51,457 nucleotides of DNA from NCBI GenBank assembly GCA_031417575.1, contig JANOVW010000050.1, positions 1 through 51,457 of the forward strand. Reading direction: 5' to 3'. Under the pieces are notes generated by a model. The model was not told the origin of the DNA. It worked only from the letters and a program-made list of their open reading frames with translations, and made no database searches. The translations under genes and the position numbers were made by a program. Source of the DNA: Rhodoferax sp. Lineage in GTDB: Bacteria; Pseudomonadota; Gammaproteobacteria; Burkholderiales; Burkholderiaceae_C. How positions within the stretch are numbered: position 1 is the stretch's first letter; each line of letters opens with the position of its first letter. Positions 20,281 through 30,779 of the stretch are shown one piece after another.

Positions 20281-21756
20281 ATGTCCATCCTTCCCGAGAA
20301 TCCCGCACCCGTCAATCAATTCGACAAAAAATCGCAAGCCTGGTCGGCGCTTTTTTCCGAACCCATGAGCGATTTGGTCAAACGTTACACGGCCAGCGTG
20401 TTTTTTGACAAACGCCTGTGGCAGGCCGATATCGCAGGCTCGCTGGCACACGCCGACATGCTGGCCGCACAAGGCATCATTTCAACCGCCGACCTGGCCG
20501 ATATCCAGCGGGGCATGGCCACCATTCGTTCGGAGATTGAAAGCGGCTCATTTGACTGGCGGCTGGATCTGGAGGACGTGCACCTGAACATCGAGGCCCG
20601 CCTGACTGAACTGGTGGGCGTTGCCGGTAAACGACTGCACACCGGGCGCAGCCGAAACGACCAAGTTGCCACCGATGTGCGGCTGTGGCTTCGCGGGGAA
20701 ATAGATGCCATTTTGGTGCTCCTGTCGGATTTGCAAATCGCCTTGGTCAACACCGCTGATAAAAATATCGAGGTCATTTTGCCGGGCTTTACCCACCTTC
20801 AAGTGGCGCAGCCTGTCAGTTTTGGCCACCATTTGCTGGCCTATGTGGAAATGTTTTCGCGCGATGCACAACGCCTGCACGAAGTGCGCAAACGCACCAA
20901 CTATTTACCCCTGGGCAGTGCAGCACTTGCCGGTACCAGCTACCCGCTGGACCGGGAACGCGTCGCCGCGCTGCTGGGCATGGTGAACGAAGCCGGTCAA
21001 CCCCAAGTGTGCCAAAACAGCCTGGATGCCGTGAGCGACCGTGACTTCGCCATTGAGTTTACGGCCGCCGCCAGCCTGTGCATGGTGCACATCAGCCGTC
21101 TGTCGGAAGAACTCATTTTGTGGATGAGCCAAAGTTACGGCTTTATCCGCATTGCCGACCGTTTCACCACCGGCAGTTCCATCATGCCGCAGAAAAAAAA
21201 CCCGGATGTGCCAGAGCTGGCGCGCGGCAAAACGGGCCGTGTCGTTGGGCATTTGGTTGGACTCATCACCCTGATGAAAGGCCAGCCCCTGGCTTACAAC
21301 AAAGACAACCAGGAAGACAAGGAACCACTGTTTGACACCGTTGACACCTTGAAAGACACGCTGCGCATCTTTGCCGAAATGATTGGCGGGCAACACAACC
21401 CCACCAGCGGCAACAAGGAAGGCGGCATTGAAGTGAACCCCGCCGCGATGGAACAGGCCGCGCTCAAGGGTTATGCCACTGCAACCGATTTGGCCGACTA
21501 TCTGGTTAAAAAGGGACTGGCATTTCGCGATGCCCACGAAACCGTCGCCCATGCGGTAAAGGCGGCTCAGGCGCTGGGCGTTGATTTGTCCGAATTGCCG
21601 CTGGACGTCTTGCAGGCTTTCCACCCCGAAATCCATGCAGATGTGTACGACGTGCTGAGCCTGCGCGGCTCGCTGAACGCACGCAACACACTGGGCGGAA
21701 CGGCACCTGCGCAAGTCCGCGTGCAGGTTGCCCGGCATCGCGCCCGCCTGGGTTGA
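20281..21756 (+). CDS. argH: argininosuccinate lyase
   Basis: Fumarate-lyase signature [12 protein letters not shown]. Starts at ATG 20281 (MSILPEN..). Confidence 0.96.
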   Translation: MSILPENPAPVNQFDKKSQAWSALFSEPMSDLVKRYTASVFFDKRLWQADIAGSLAHADMLAAQGIISTADLADIQRGMATIRSEIESGSFDWRLDLEDVHLNIEARLTELVGVAGKRLHTGRSRNDQVATDVRLWLRGEIDAILVLLSDLQIALVNTADKNIEVILPGFTHLQVAQPVSFGHHLLAYVEMFSRDAQRLHEVRKRTNYLPLGSAALAGTSYPLDRERVAALLGMVNEAGQPQVCQNSLDAVSDRDFAIEFTAAASLCMVHISRLSEELILWMSQSYGFIRIADRFTTGSSIMPQKKNPDVPELARGKTGRVVGHLVGLITLMKGQPLAYNKDNQEDKEPLFDTVDTLKDTLRIFAEMIGGQHNPTSGNKEGGIEVNPAAMEQAALKGYATATDLADYLVKKGLAFRDAHETVAHAVKAAQALGVDLSELPLDVLQAFHPEIHADVYDVLSLRGSLNARNTLGGTAPAQVRVQVARHRARLG

Positions 21757-21789
21757 AACACCCATCGAATGCCCGCACAACACGGCAGC

Positions 21790-23067
21790 TCAGGCTACAC
21801 GTTGCCAAAACCACCAAACCGCCAACACTGTCAGCAGCTGTGAGCCACGGCGCACAACCAAGGTTTGGTACCACGGCCTCATGACAACCACCTGCGACAC
21901 CGCAACCCAAACGCAGACGGCAATCAACTGCCCGGCCTCAATGCCCAGGTTGAATCCGGCCAGGGCATAAGGCAGCAGCCCTTCTGGAGCCGCCGCTTCT
22001 TGCAGAAGGCCGGCAAAACCATAGCCATGCACCAAGCCGAAAAGAACCGCCAATACTTCCACTCTTAACGATTTAACCGGGTACAGGTTCAGCATGGCAG
22101 TGACGCCAATTGACAAGGCAATGACCGGTTCGACCCAACCTGGTGAACCGACCGTCCAACCCAGGCTAGCGGCGATCAGGGTGATGGAGTGCCCAACCGT
22201 GAAGGCCGTGATGGTGCGCACCAACTCAAGCCATGTGTTTGAGGGCCGATTGACCGCAATGGCGCGCATGTCTGACAAGGGGTTTCCAATCACCAGTGAT
22301 CTATTTCGCCACTGACGTGACCCGAGGGTCAGTTGGAGCGGCAACACCAGGGCCAGCAAAAAAGCCAAATGGTCGTATCCCTCCAAAAGGTGGCGTGCGC
22401 CAAGCAGAAAATAGCTCCATGCGACCTTCCAGGCGTTATCCATCGGTGCTATGGCCGATTGCCCCGCGTCATCCAGGCGTCCTTTTTCAGGACTTGCCGA
22501 CCCAGCACTGCGCAGTGGGAACGGGCTGGCCTGTTGGGGTGAAAGGGTGGCCAACAGATCGCGCCCGTTCAGCCTTCCCGCCAGCATCAACCGGTGGTTG
22601 GCATCCTGCTCCCTGAACAGGGTGTAGACCAGCCCCAGCCCGTGGGTGCTGTCGCACTGTGCGGTTGCCGCTAGTTGCAGATAGGTGCCGTCACTTCGAC
22701 GCTCAACGCCCTGGAACTGCCAATTGAGGCGACACATGCTGTCAACCGGGCTATTTGCCGTCGATGCCTTCATTGGCAACTCCACCAGACTGACGGTATT
22801 GTTCAGCCATTGCAATACCGCTGGCATCGCGGCCTTGGTTTCACCCCAGGTAACTTTGCCATCCAAATTGCCATCCAGCGGGACCACGATATCAAAGTCC
22901 TTCACTGCGACCGACAATTTGAATCGCCAGGATTGATCCGCCGCGGATGCCATCGTCACATCGAGGAACGCGTCACTACCTTTGTGGGCCTGCGCGGCAC
23001 CCCCAGCAAAAAATCCGATGACGGCCATCACAGCGAATGAACGCAGCCAAACTGAAATGCACTTCAT
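21790..23067 (-). CDS. HupE/UreJ_2-family membrane protein with ~215-aa periplasmic N-terminal domain
   Basis: Signal peptide, a soluble domain, then six TM helices with HLLEGYDHLAFLL and GFNLGIEAGQL motifs. ATGA overlap with the TPR gene. Confidence 0.8.
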   Translation of the reverse strand: MKCISVWLRSFAVMAVIGFFAGGAAQAHKGSDAFLDVTMASAADQSWRFKLSVAVKDFDIVVPLDGNLDGKVTWGETKAAMPAVLQWLNNTVSLVELPMKASTANSPVDSMCRLNWQFQGVERRSDGTYLQLAATAQCDSTHGLGLVYTLFREQDANHRLMLAGRLNGRDLLATLSPQQASPFPLRSAGSASPEKGRLDDAGQSAIAPMDNAWKVAWSYFLLGARHLLEGYDHLAFLLALVLPLQLTLGSRQWRNRSLVIGNPLSDMRAIAVNRPSNTWLELVRTITAFTVGHSITLIAASLGWTVGSPGWVEPVIALSIGVTAMLNLYPVKSLRVEVLAVLFGLVHGYGFAGLLQEAAAPEGLLPYALAGFNLGIEAGQLIAVCVWVAVSQVVVMRPWYQTLVVRRGSQLLTVLAVWWFWQRVA

Positions 23068-24269
23068 GGCTGTTTCCTCGCTGGAAAGTGCTGGCTCTTT
23101 TGCCGTGCCGCTGCATCCAGGCGCTGATCCTTCAGCCCTGTGTTCCCAACCTGCGCCACCAAGTCGGCCAGCGCCTGTGGGTCATTGGCTTTTTGGGCTG
23201 CCATCACGGCCACCAGCCAGTCAACCGGCTCGCGCTGCAACAGCAGGTTTTGCCGAGCCAGCACCAAGGCACTTTTCGGGTCATCCTCCAGCCATAGCGC
23301 GCTCATGGCCAGCTCACGGCCGTGCAAAGTGATGTCGTCGCCCCGGCGCTTCAAGTCCAAAACACGCTGCTGGAGCGAGCCATAAAGTTGCTGCCAGCGT
23401 TCATCCCCCGTAGCGCGCAGGCTGATTGCGCGGCGAAGCACCACGGCATCCGTATCCGGGTAATTCTTCAGCGCGTTCAGCGCCGCCGATGGCATGCCGG
23501 TTCGCAACAGCAGATCTGAAAACGCAATGGCAGTGTAGAGATCGGGTTGTGCAGAGAGGCTGCGCTGGTAGGCGGTTGACGCGCGGCTGTCCTGGCCCGC
23601 ACGCTCAAGGCTCTCAGCCAGTAAAGAAAGCAGCCAGCTTTGCTGTTCGGTTGAGCTGCCTTGTGCCGCCTGCTGCTCCAGTGTCCGATGGGCCAACGAA
23701 TGCTGACCCAACAGGGATTGGGTTTCCAGCACACAAGCCTGTGAATAAAACGCCTGGCCGGCGCGAGCCACCTCTTGGCAAGCTGCCAATGATTGGCCAT
23801 AGTTGGATGAAAGCCGCTCCAACGCAGCCAAATTGAGCCACCCCTGCGCATGGCCAGGCTGACGTGTGAGCGCGGCCACCAGTACCTTGCGCGACGCGGC
23901 AAACTCGTGTCGTCCTTGTTGAACAGTCGCTTGCAGTACGGCCAGATCAACCGGTGCATTGGGGTGATCCCACCAAGGTGCCAAAACAGATTGGGCGCGA
24001 CCCCAATAACGGTTGTCGCCAGTGCTGCGTGCCAGGGTGATTGCTTGCCGCGCAATATCGGCAGCGCGCAGCGGATCAATCTGCTCCTTCGCAATGGGTA
24101 CTGCTACGGGGCGATTGCGCGCTATCGATGGCAAGACTTCAATCACTTCATCGTCGTTCAGCGGATTAAAAGGTGTTGCCGCCAGCGCAATGGGCGCCAA
24201 CATCCAAAATGCAATCGACAGGCAAACAGACCCGCTTGGAAGGTGCTTCAAGTTGATGGAACAGTTCAT
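23064..24269 (-). CDS. periplasmic TPR-repeat protein
   Basis: Signal peptide plus repeated A/L-rich TPR-like helices. Third gene of the DUF4331 operon. Confidence 0.75.
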   Translation of the reverse strand: MNCSINLKHLPSGSVCLSIAFWMLAPIALAATPFNPLNDDEVIEVLPSIARNRPVAVPIAKEQIDPLRAADIARQAITLARSTGDNRYWGRAQSVLAPWWDHPNAPVDLAVLQATVQQGRHEFAASRKVLVAALTRQPGHAQGWLNLAALERLSSNYGQSLAACQEVARAGQAFYSQACVLETQSLLGQHSLAHRTLEQQAAQGSSTEQQSWLLSLLAESLERAGQDSRASTAYQRSLSAQPDLYTAIAFSDLLLRTGMPSAALNALKNYPDTDAVVLRRAISLRATGDERWQQLYGSLQQRVLDLKRRGDDITLHGRELAMSALWLEDDPKSALVLARQNLLLQREPVDWLVAVMAAQKANDPQALADLVAQVGNTGLKDQRLDAAARQKSQHFPARKQP

Positions 24270-24370
24270 TTGATGCAATTCAGGTTACGCCTGCAAACCG
24301 AATCGCCAGCAGGTGCTGAACGACCCGGTTTGCCGGTCAACCCACGGCCGCAAGACCATGGGGAAACCAC

Positions 24371-24658
24371 CTAAAAACTCACCACCTCAGGCTCAGCGGC
24401 ATCATCAACCGCCAATGCGGTGGCATTGATGTCGACCGGATCACCGTTTCCATCGGAAGCAATCAGTCCACGAACGTAGTTCATCAGCGCTGTTAAGCTG
24501 CTCGCTATGTCGCCAGGTGGAACCTCTGCCGTGGGGGCCCCGACCGGTACTGTGGTTGCACTCACCCCTGGCAGCGCATCCGAACGTCCGCCACACGCCA
24601 CCACAGAACCAGCAACCAGCAGAACCGCCACCAAATAGTTGATATCAGGCTTTTTCAT
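24371..24658 (-). CDS. small lipoprotein (unknown function)
   Basis: MKKPDINYLVAVLLVAGSVVAC lipobox. AAGGA RBS. Starts 23 nt after the DUF4331 stop. Confidence 0.65.
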   Translation of the reverse strand: MKKPDINYLVAVLLVAGSVVACGGRSDALPGVSATTVPVGAPTAEVPPGDIASSLTALMNYVRGLIASDGNGDPVDINATALAVDDAAEPEVVSF

Positions 24659-24681
24659 GGTTTTTCCTTGTGGTATCGGCC

Positions 24682-26268
24682 TCAATTCGAGCCGGCATTG
24701 GGCGTATTCAGGTACGGAAAGGCGCTCAGGAACGGCACTGTTGCCTGGTCCACTGCGTCATGGATATTGGCTGAACTGGCACCCAACGGAACGCTCGATG
24801 CGCGGCAGGCTGACGTAACACCCGGCACACCGGGTATGCTGTTGAGCTTCAGGGCATCGCTGTCACCATTGATGACGCATAAACCGCCCAACATGGCCAC
24901 CAGGGCGATGTCCACCACGTCATCTTTCGGGCGACGGCCATTCGGGAAACCGGCGTTGTCTGTGCCACCTGCCAGGGCATTGCCTGCCACACCCAGCCGG
25001 TTTTGGCCAGCAAACGGAACCGCTGCTACCGCGGTGTTCAGGCGCAGCATTTCCGAAGGGGCCGGATTGATCGCGGGCTTGTTCACGCCAGTGATACCCG
25101 TGAGGAACGTGGTGGCCAAATCAGTGCGCGGAAAGTTGGTCGGTGCTACCGTCGCACCCAGCACCAGGCCCAGCAGGGCAGGCAGTGTCGGGTTGGTCAC
25201 ATAGGTCAAAAATTGCGCATCATCACGGGGACTGGACGCATTGAACTTGTCCTTGTCGGGCAGACCGATTACGACCTCATTCACCAGCGGGTTGCCCAGG
25301 CGCGACACCTGTGTCCAGGCGCCGCCGGCTTTTTCTGCTTTGTCGTTGCCCGTGGGTGTTTTGCCGTTGAGCAGACGCGCTTGGCGCAAGCTGGCGGTGG
25401 TCCAGGCCCCGATGACCGGCTCGCTGTTGGCCGTCAGGCAATCCTTGTGGATTTCCAGCGCCAACGTGGTGACATTGGTTTTCTGGATGGGGTGGTTGCC
25501 GCCCATGCCCGCTGCATCTTTGTTGGCAGGGTCCAGCAATACTGCTGCGGGTGCGTTCACCAGGTCGAAAATCGGACCCAGATTGACGGCAAAACCCTCT
25601 TGACGCTGGCCGACAAACACTTTGCCCTGGTCTTTGCCAGCCGGACAACCGGGAATGGTGATGGTGTGGATATGCTGCGCCGCGTAGGCGGCATAGTTGG
25701 CAATGGTTTTGACACCAATGTTGTCCACTGGTTTCTCAAACGTCGCTGAGCCGGTGGTTTTGGTGACCGCCGCAGAACTACCCTTGCGCCGATCACCGCG
25801 CATCACATTGACGGTATAGGTCTCATTGACGTTCAGGTTGGCATCGTTGAGGTTGGCCACAGCGCCGGCCTGGATCAGGGGAATGGCGACGCTGGCCGAG
25901 CCAATCGTCAGCGGTATCGACTTGAGTGCATTTTTGAAGCGAAACTGGAACGTGATGTCTTCGCGCGCGTCACCGTTGTTGTCGACGTGAATTTCATAGA
26001 GCGCATTCGGATCCAATGAAAAATAGTTTGGGCCGCCGTAAGCAGCTTGAAGCGGCTGGTAATTGGCCAGTAAGGTGATGAAGTCGGATCGACCGCCGCT
26101 TCCGTTGGAAGCAACACCCTCATAACTTCGGAACATATAGAAATCGGTGCCGTCTACTTTGGGACTGGTGGTAATGAACGGAGCTTCACGGTGGCTGGAC
26201 GCCCAAGCGCCTCCTGCGGCTACCAAAAGCAAGCCCGCATGGGCCAAATGCCTGAATTGATGTGACAT
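24682..26268 (-). CDS. DUF4331 domain-containing secreted protein
   Basis: A signal peptide followed by SSHREAPFIT..DGTDFYMF, which is the characteristic DUF4331 N-terminus. GGAG RBS. Confidence 0.85.
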   Translation of the reverse strand: MSHQFRHLAHAGLLLVAAGGAWASSHREAPFITTSPKVDGTDFYMFRSYEGVASNGSGGRSDFITLLANYQPLQAAYGGPNYFSLDPNALYEIHVDNNGDAREDITFQFRFKNALKSIPLTIGSASVAIPLIQAGAVANLNDANLNVNETYTVNVMRGDRRKGSSAAVTKTTGSATFEKPVDNIGVKTIANYAAYAAQHIHTITIPGCPAGKDQGKVFVGQRQEGFAVNLGPIFDLVNAPAAVLLDPANKDAAGMGGNHPIQKTNVTTLALEIHKDCLTANSEPVIGAWTTASLRQARLLNGKTPTGNDKAEKAGGAWTQVSRLGNPLVNEVVIGLPDKDKFNASSPRDDAQFLTYVTNPTLPALLGLVLGATVAPTNFPRTDLATTFLTGITGVNKPAINPAPSEMLRLNTAVAAVPFAGQNRLGVAGNALAGGTDNAGFPNGRRPKDDVVDIALVAMLGGLCVINGDSDALKLNSIPGVPGVTSACRASSVPLGASSANIHDAVDQATVPFLSAFPYLNTPNAGSN

Positions 26269-26462
26269 ATTTAATCTCCAAGTTAAGTTACAGCATTCGC
26301 TGCACTACCATTACGCAGGTGAACTCAACTTGGATTCAAATTCCGGTGCCAGACACAGGTTTTCTGTCCAAGTGTTGAAATTTTCCGCAAAACATTCCCC
26401 CTTTTCGCCCCTTTCGCCCCTTCCCGCCTTTGCACACTCCCCTTCCAAGCGTGTTCCGAACC

Positions 26463-27317
26463 ATGACGTCCACCCAAGCACCACCGGGCAAATCGCCTAT
26501 TCGCTCCCAATACGAAGATTTCATGCGCCATGTGTTCACCACGGGCGCTGCCAAAACCGACCGCACCGGCACCGGGACCTGCAGCGTCTTTGGTTACCAA
26601 ATGCGTTTTGACCTGAACGAAGGCTTCCCTTTGGTTACCACCAAAAAGGTGTTCGTCAAGGCCATCATTCAGGAGTTGTTGTGGTTCCTCACCGGTTCGT
26701 CCAACAACAACTGGCTCACCGAGCGCGGCGTGACGATTTGGGACGAGTGGGCCAAGCCCGATGGCGATTTGGGCCCCGTTTACGGCGTTCAGTGGCGCAG
26801 CTGGCCAACGCCAGATGGCGGGCACATCGACCAGATCAGTGAAGTCGTCAAGGCCCTGAAAACCAACCCCGATTCAAGACGAATCATCGTCAGCGCCTGG
26901 AACGTGGCCGATTTGGGCAAGATGGCGCTGATGCCCTGTCACGCGTTCTTCCAGTTTTATGTGGCGCCCGCCACTGAACCGGGCGGCAAAGGCCGATTGA
27001 GTTGCCAGCTTTACCAGCGCAGCGCCGACATCTTTTTGGGGGTGCCGTTCAATATCGCCAGTTACGCCCTGCTCACCCACATGCTGGCGCAACAGTGTGA
27101 CCTGGATGTGGGCGATTTCGTCTGGACCGGGGGTGATTGCCACATCTACAACAACCACCACGAACAGGTTGAATTGCAATTGGCCCGTGCACCTTTGGCT
27201 TACCCGCGCCTGCATATCAAGCGCCGCCCTGCTTCGATTTTTGACTACCAGTACGAAGACTTCGAATTTTTGGACTATCAATGCCATCCGGCCATCAAGG
27301 CGCCGGTCGCGGTCTAA
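26463..27317 (+). CDS. thyA: thymidylate synthase
   Basis: [18 protein letters not shown] and [15 protein letters not shown] motifs. Confidence 0.96.
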   Translation: MTSTQAPPGKSPIRSQYEDFMRHVFTTGAAKTDRTGTGTCSVFGYQMRFDLNEGFPLVTTKKVFVKAIIQELLWFLTGSSNNNWLTERGVTIWDEWAKPDGDLGPVYGVQWRSWPTPDGGHIDQISEVVKALKTNPDSRRIIVSAWNVADLGKMALMPCHAFFQFYVAPATEPGGKGRLSCQLYQRSADIFLGVPFNIASYALLTHMLAQQCDLDVGDFVWTGGDCHIYNNHHEQVELQLARAPLAYPRLHIKRRPASIFDYQYEDFEFLDYQCHPAIKAPVAV

Positions 27318-27330
27318 GGCACAGAATTGC

Positions 27331-27831
27331 ATGAACACAAAGGTAAAAATGATTTGGGCGCAAGCCCGTCGTGGCGTTATCGGTCGTGATGGCAAACTGC
27401 CCTGGCATCTGCCTGAAGACATGGCCCATTTCAAAGCACTGACATTGGGTGGCTGCGTGCTCATGGGGCGAAAAACCTGGGATTCATTGCCAGCCAAGTT
27501 CCGCCCCCTGCCCGGTCGGCGCAACCTGGTGCTGAGCCGCAACACCCTTTGGCAGCCAGCAGGCGCAGAAGTCTTTGAAAACCTTGAACTGGCACTGCAA
27601 AGTTGTTCACCCGAACAACCTGTGTGGGTCATTGGCGGAGCCGAAATTTATCACCAGGCGCTGCCCTTTGCCAGCATGGCGCATGTCACGGAAATCGATG
27701 CTGACCATGAAGGCGATGCTTTCGCGCCCACGCTGGGCCCATCGTGGGTCAAAACAGCAGGTGCCCCACAAAAGGCCGCCAATGGGGCGCTTTTTTCTTT
27801 CAACATCTACAACAAAAAGATCGGAAATTGA
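27331..27831 (+). CDS. folA: dihydrofolate reductase
   Basis: IGRDGKLPWHLPEDMAHFK and VIGGAEIY motifs. An alternative start at ATG 27349 has AAGG 5 nt upstream. Confidence 0.93.
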   Translation: MNTKVKMIWAQARRGVIGRDGKLPWHLPEDMAHFKALTLGGCVLMGRKTWDSLPAKFRPLPGRRNLVLSRNTLWQPAGAEVFENLELALQSCSPEQPVWVIGGAEIYHQALPFASMAHVTEIDADHEGDAFAPTLGPSWVKTAGAPQKAANGALFSFNIYNKKIGN

Positions 27832-27832
27832 T

Positions 27833-28441
27833 ATGTCAGGTGCAGGTTTTCACGTTCACGGCCCTCACGACCACCAGATCGAACATGCTACCCAAGCGGG
27901 CCATATCGGGCACGGGGCAGAGGGCGACCACGGCAGCAGCATGATGAACCGCGTGGCCATGGCCACCGCCATCATCGCCACGGTAGGCGCACTTTTTTCT
28001 TATATGGGCGGTGCCACCCAAGCCAATGCGGGGCTCTTCAAAAACAATGCGGCTCTCAAAAAGACCGAAGCATCCAACCAGTGGAATTATTTTCAGGCGA
28101 AAAGCACCAAACAATCCTTGGCAGAGGTCTCACGAGATCTCACAACCGTAGAAGCCGACAAGGCCAAATACCAGGCCAAGATTGACCGCTACGAAAAGGA
28201 AAAAAACGAGATCAAGCTGGGTGCCGAAAAACTCGAAGCCAACGCCACCGAATGGGACAAACGCAGCGACGAACAAATGCATCAGCACCACCGCTGGGCA
28301 CAAGCCACCACGGTGCTTCAAATTGCCATCGCCATGGCGGCCATTGCGCTGTTAACCAAACGCAAATGGGTTGAGGTGGCCATGTACTGCGCTGCGGCAG
28401 CAGGTACCTTGGTCGGCGTTTTGGCCGTCATGCACTATTAG
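27833..28441 (+). CDS. DUF4337 domain-containing membrane protein
   Basis: His-rich N-terminus, a TM helix, the NQWNYFQAKSTKQ motif and a C-terminal TM pair, as recalled for DUF4337. Confidence 0.75.
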   Translation: MSGAGFHVHGPHDHQIEHATQAGHIGHGAEGDHGSSMMNRVAMATAIIATVGALFSYMGGATQANAGLFKNNAALKKTEASNQWNYFQAKSTKQSLAEVSRDLTTVEADKAKYQAKIDRYEKEKNEIKLGAEKLEANATEWDKRSDEQMHQHHRWAQATTVLQIAIAMAAIALLTKRKWVEVAMYCAAAAGTLVGVLAVMHY

Positions 28442-28483
28442 CCAAAAATTAACCCACAAGGCCTTTCGCTCAAACGTGCGCCC

Positions 28484-29284
28484 ATGAAATTTGCCACCTG
28501 GAACGTCAACTCGCTCACCGTTCGCCTGCCGCAGGTCATCGACTGGCTTGCCGCGCAGCAGGCCGCTCACGCGCCCATCGACGTGCTGGCGCTGCAGGAG
28601 CTGAAGATGACGGACGACAAGTTTCCGCAGCAAGCTTTCACTGACATCGGTTACTACGCCCAGTGGTTTGGCCAGAAGACCTATAACGGCGTGGCTTTGT
28701 TGACGCGCCAGCCGGTGACTGAGGTGGTCAAAAACATACCGGGTTTTGACGACGACATGGCGCGGGTTATCACCGCCACTGTGCCTTCAGAATACGGCCC
28801 GGTGCGGGTGATTGGCGGTTATTTTCCAAATGGGCAAGAGCCCGGCAGCGAAAAGTTCGATTACAAAATGGAATGGCTGCAAGGCTTGCGGGCGTGGGTC
28901 AAAACCGAGATGGCGGCGTACCCCAACCTGGTCATCATGGGCGACTACAACATCACCTTTGACGATGCCGACGTGTGGGATCCGGTGGGCCTGGCCGACA
29001 CCATTCATTGCACCGAAGAAGAGCGTTACCACTTGCGGGCGCTGGTTGCGATGGGCCTGACGGATAGCCTGCGGCTGTTCCCGCAACCGCCCAAAAACTA
29101 CTCCTGGTGGGATTACCGCGACTTTGGCTTCAAGCGCAACCAGGGGCTACGGATTGACCACATCCTGATCAGCCCCGCGCTCAAATCCCGGGCTACTGCT
29201 TGCGTGATCGACAAAACACCGCGCAAGAATGAACGCCCCAGTGACCATGCACCCGTGGTGCTCAGTTTTTCAGCCTCCGAGTAG
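28484..29284 (+). CDS. xthA: exodeoxyribonuclease III
   Basis: MKFATWNVNSL.., LQELK, and a C-terminal SDHAPV motif. Confidence 0.95.
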   Translation: MKFATWNVNSLTVRLPQVIDWLAAQQAAHAPIDVLALQELKMTDDKFPQQAFTDIGYYAQWFGQKTYNGVALLTRQPVTEVVKNIPGFDDDMARVITATVPSEYGPVRVIGGYFPNGQEPGSEKFDYKMEWLQGLRAWVKTEMAAYPNLVIMGDYNITFDDADVWDPVGLADTIHCTEEERYHLRALVAMGLTDSLRLFPQPPKNYSWWDYRDFGFKRNQGLRIDHILISPALKSRATACVIDKTPRKNERPSDHAPVVLSFSASE

Positions 29285-29435
29285 ATATATTTTGTTTAAA
29301 TATTTTCTATGAGAAAAAAACGTATTTTATTGACGTGATAATTGCATAAATTGCTACTTTATACATATCGAAAATGACTAAAAATTATTTAATATTATTT
29401 AAAATAATTAAATAGATAGATTTTTTTAACCTGTT
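29285..29435. other. AT-rich island 2 (non-coding, left border of stress island)
   Basis: About 20-25% GC by eye. Lies between the convergent xthA and BON genes. Shares sequence blocks with island 1 and with the sppA AT-rich segment. Confidence 0.7.
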
Positions 29436-29453
29436 GCTAGCCGCCGCCACAGC

Positions 29454-30032
29454 CTATTTCTTGATGCTCATTTCGTTGGTGACACGGGTCACGTTTTCCA
29501 CCCCTCGGGCTACCACCACCGCACGATCTATCTGTTTTTGATCGTTCACAAAACCACTGAGCTGTACTTCCCCTTTGCGGGTCACCACAGCCACATCGAT
29601 GCTCTTGATGTCCGGGTCGTTCATGAACGCGGCTTTGACCCGCGCGGTCACAATTCCGTCGTCAACGCCTACGCCAACCGATGTGGGGGCGCCCTTGAGG
29701 CTGAGTTTGTTCTGTACGTCTTTCACACCTTTGACCGCTCGGGTTAGTTCAATGGCGCGATCAATTTGAGACTGGTTCAAGGCAAAACCGCTGAGCTGAA
29801 CTTCACCTTTGCGGGTTTCGACCTGGAAATCAAAACTTTTGATGTCCGCGTCGCCCAGCAGGGCCGATTTCACGCTGGCAGTGACGACGGTATCGTCGAT
29901 TTCCGTACCCATCGTGGTGGTAGCCCCAGGCGCACTCACCGGGATTTCGGTCTTGCTGCAACCCGTGGCAAAAAGGGCTCCAACGCTGATAACGCCAACG
30001 GCAATCAGGGTCAGGGTCGAATGGGTTTTCAT
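29454..30032 (-). CDS. OsmY-like periplasmic lipoprotein with two BON domains
   Basis: Lipobox ..ATGCS, then two copies of the D..IT..VK..L....I......V.T..G.V.LSG pattern. Confidence 0.9.
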   Translation of the reverse strand: MKTHSTLTLIAVGVISVGALFATGCSKTEIPVSAPGATTTMGTEIDDTVVTASVKSALLGDADIKSFDFQVETRKGEVQLSGFALNQSQIDRAIELTRAVKGVKDVQNKLSLKGAPTSVGVGVDDGIVTARVKAAFMNDPDIKSIDVAVVTRKGEVQLSGFVNDQKQIDRAVVVARGVENVTRVTNEMSIKK

Positions 30033-30118
30033 AAACGGTTACTCCAAAATAAATGCGGGAAACACGTTGGCGAACCTTTTGTGTGCCGAAACACACAAAG
30101 AGTTCGACGGGCCAAAAA

Positions 30119-30604
<486 letters not shown>

Positions 30605-30779
30605 TCAGCGAGCCGACTGGTTGCAGCTTACGCATCGCGTCACCGCGTCTCTGTGCGGTGCACCACTTAGCGCAAATAAATTGTTGCGGCCCAAATTTTT
30701 CTCCTTATGTAGGGCAACGCACAGAGCAGCCCTTGGATTCCGCGCACCATTCAACTCTTTAACCACCGAGGAGTTGGAC

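Noticed and set aside
26335-26351. TGGCACCGGAATTTGAA upstream of the DUF4331 gene, considered as a sigma-54 promoter.
   Set aside because: The -12 element reads TTTGA instead of TTGC, so the invariant GC is missing. No enhancer-binding protein gene lies nearby.
29309-29400. Mini-ORFs in AT-rich island 2 (MRKKRILLT, MTKNYLILFKIIK, and minus-strand MYKVAIYAIITSIKYVFFS), considered as type I toxin-like peptides.
   Set aside because: They have no Shine-Dalgarno sequences. They are very short, and such ORFs are expected by chance in AT-rich DNA.
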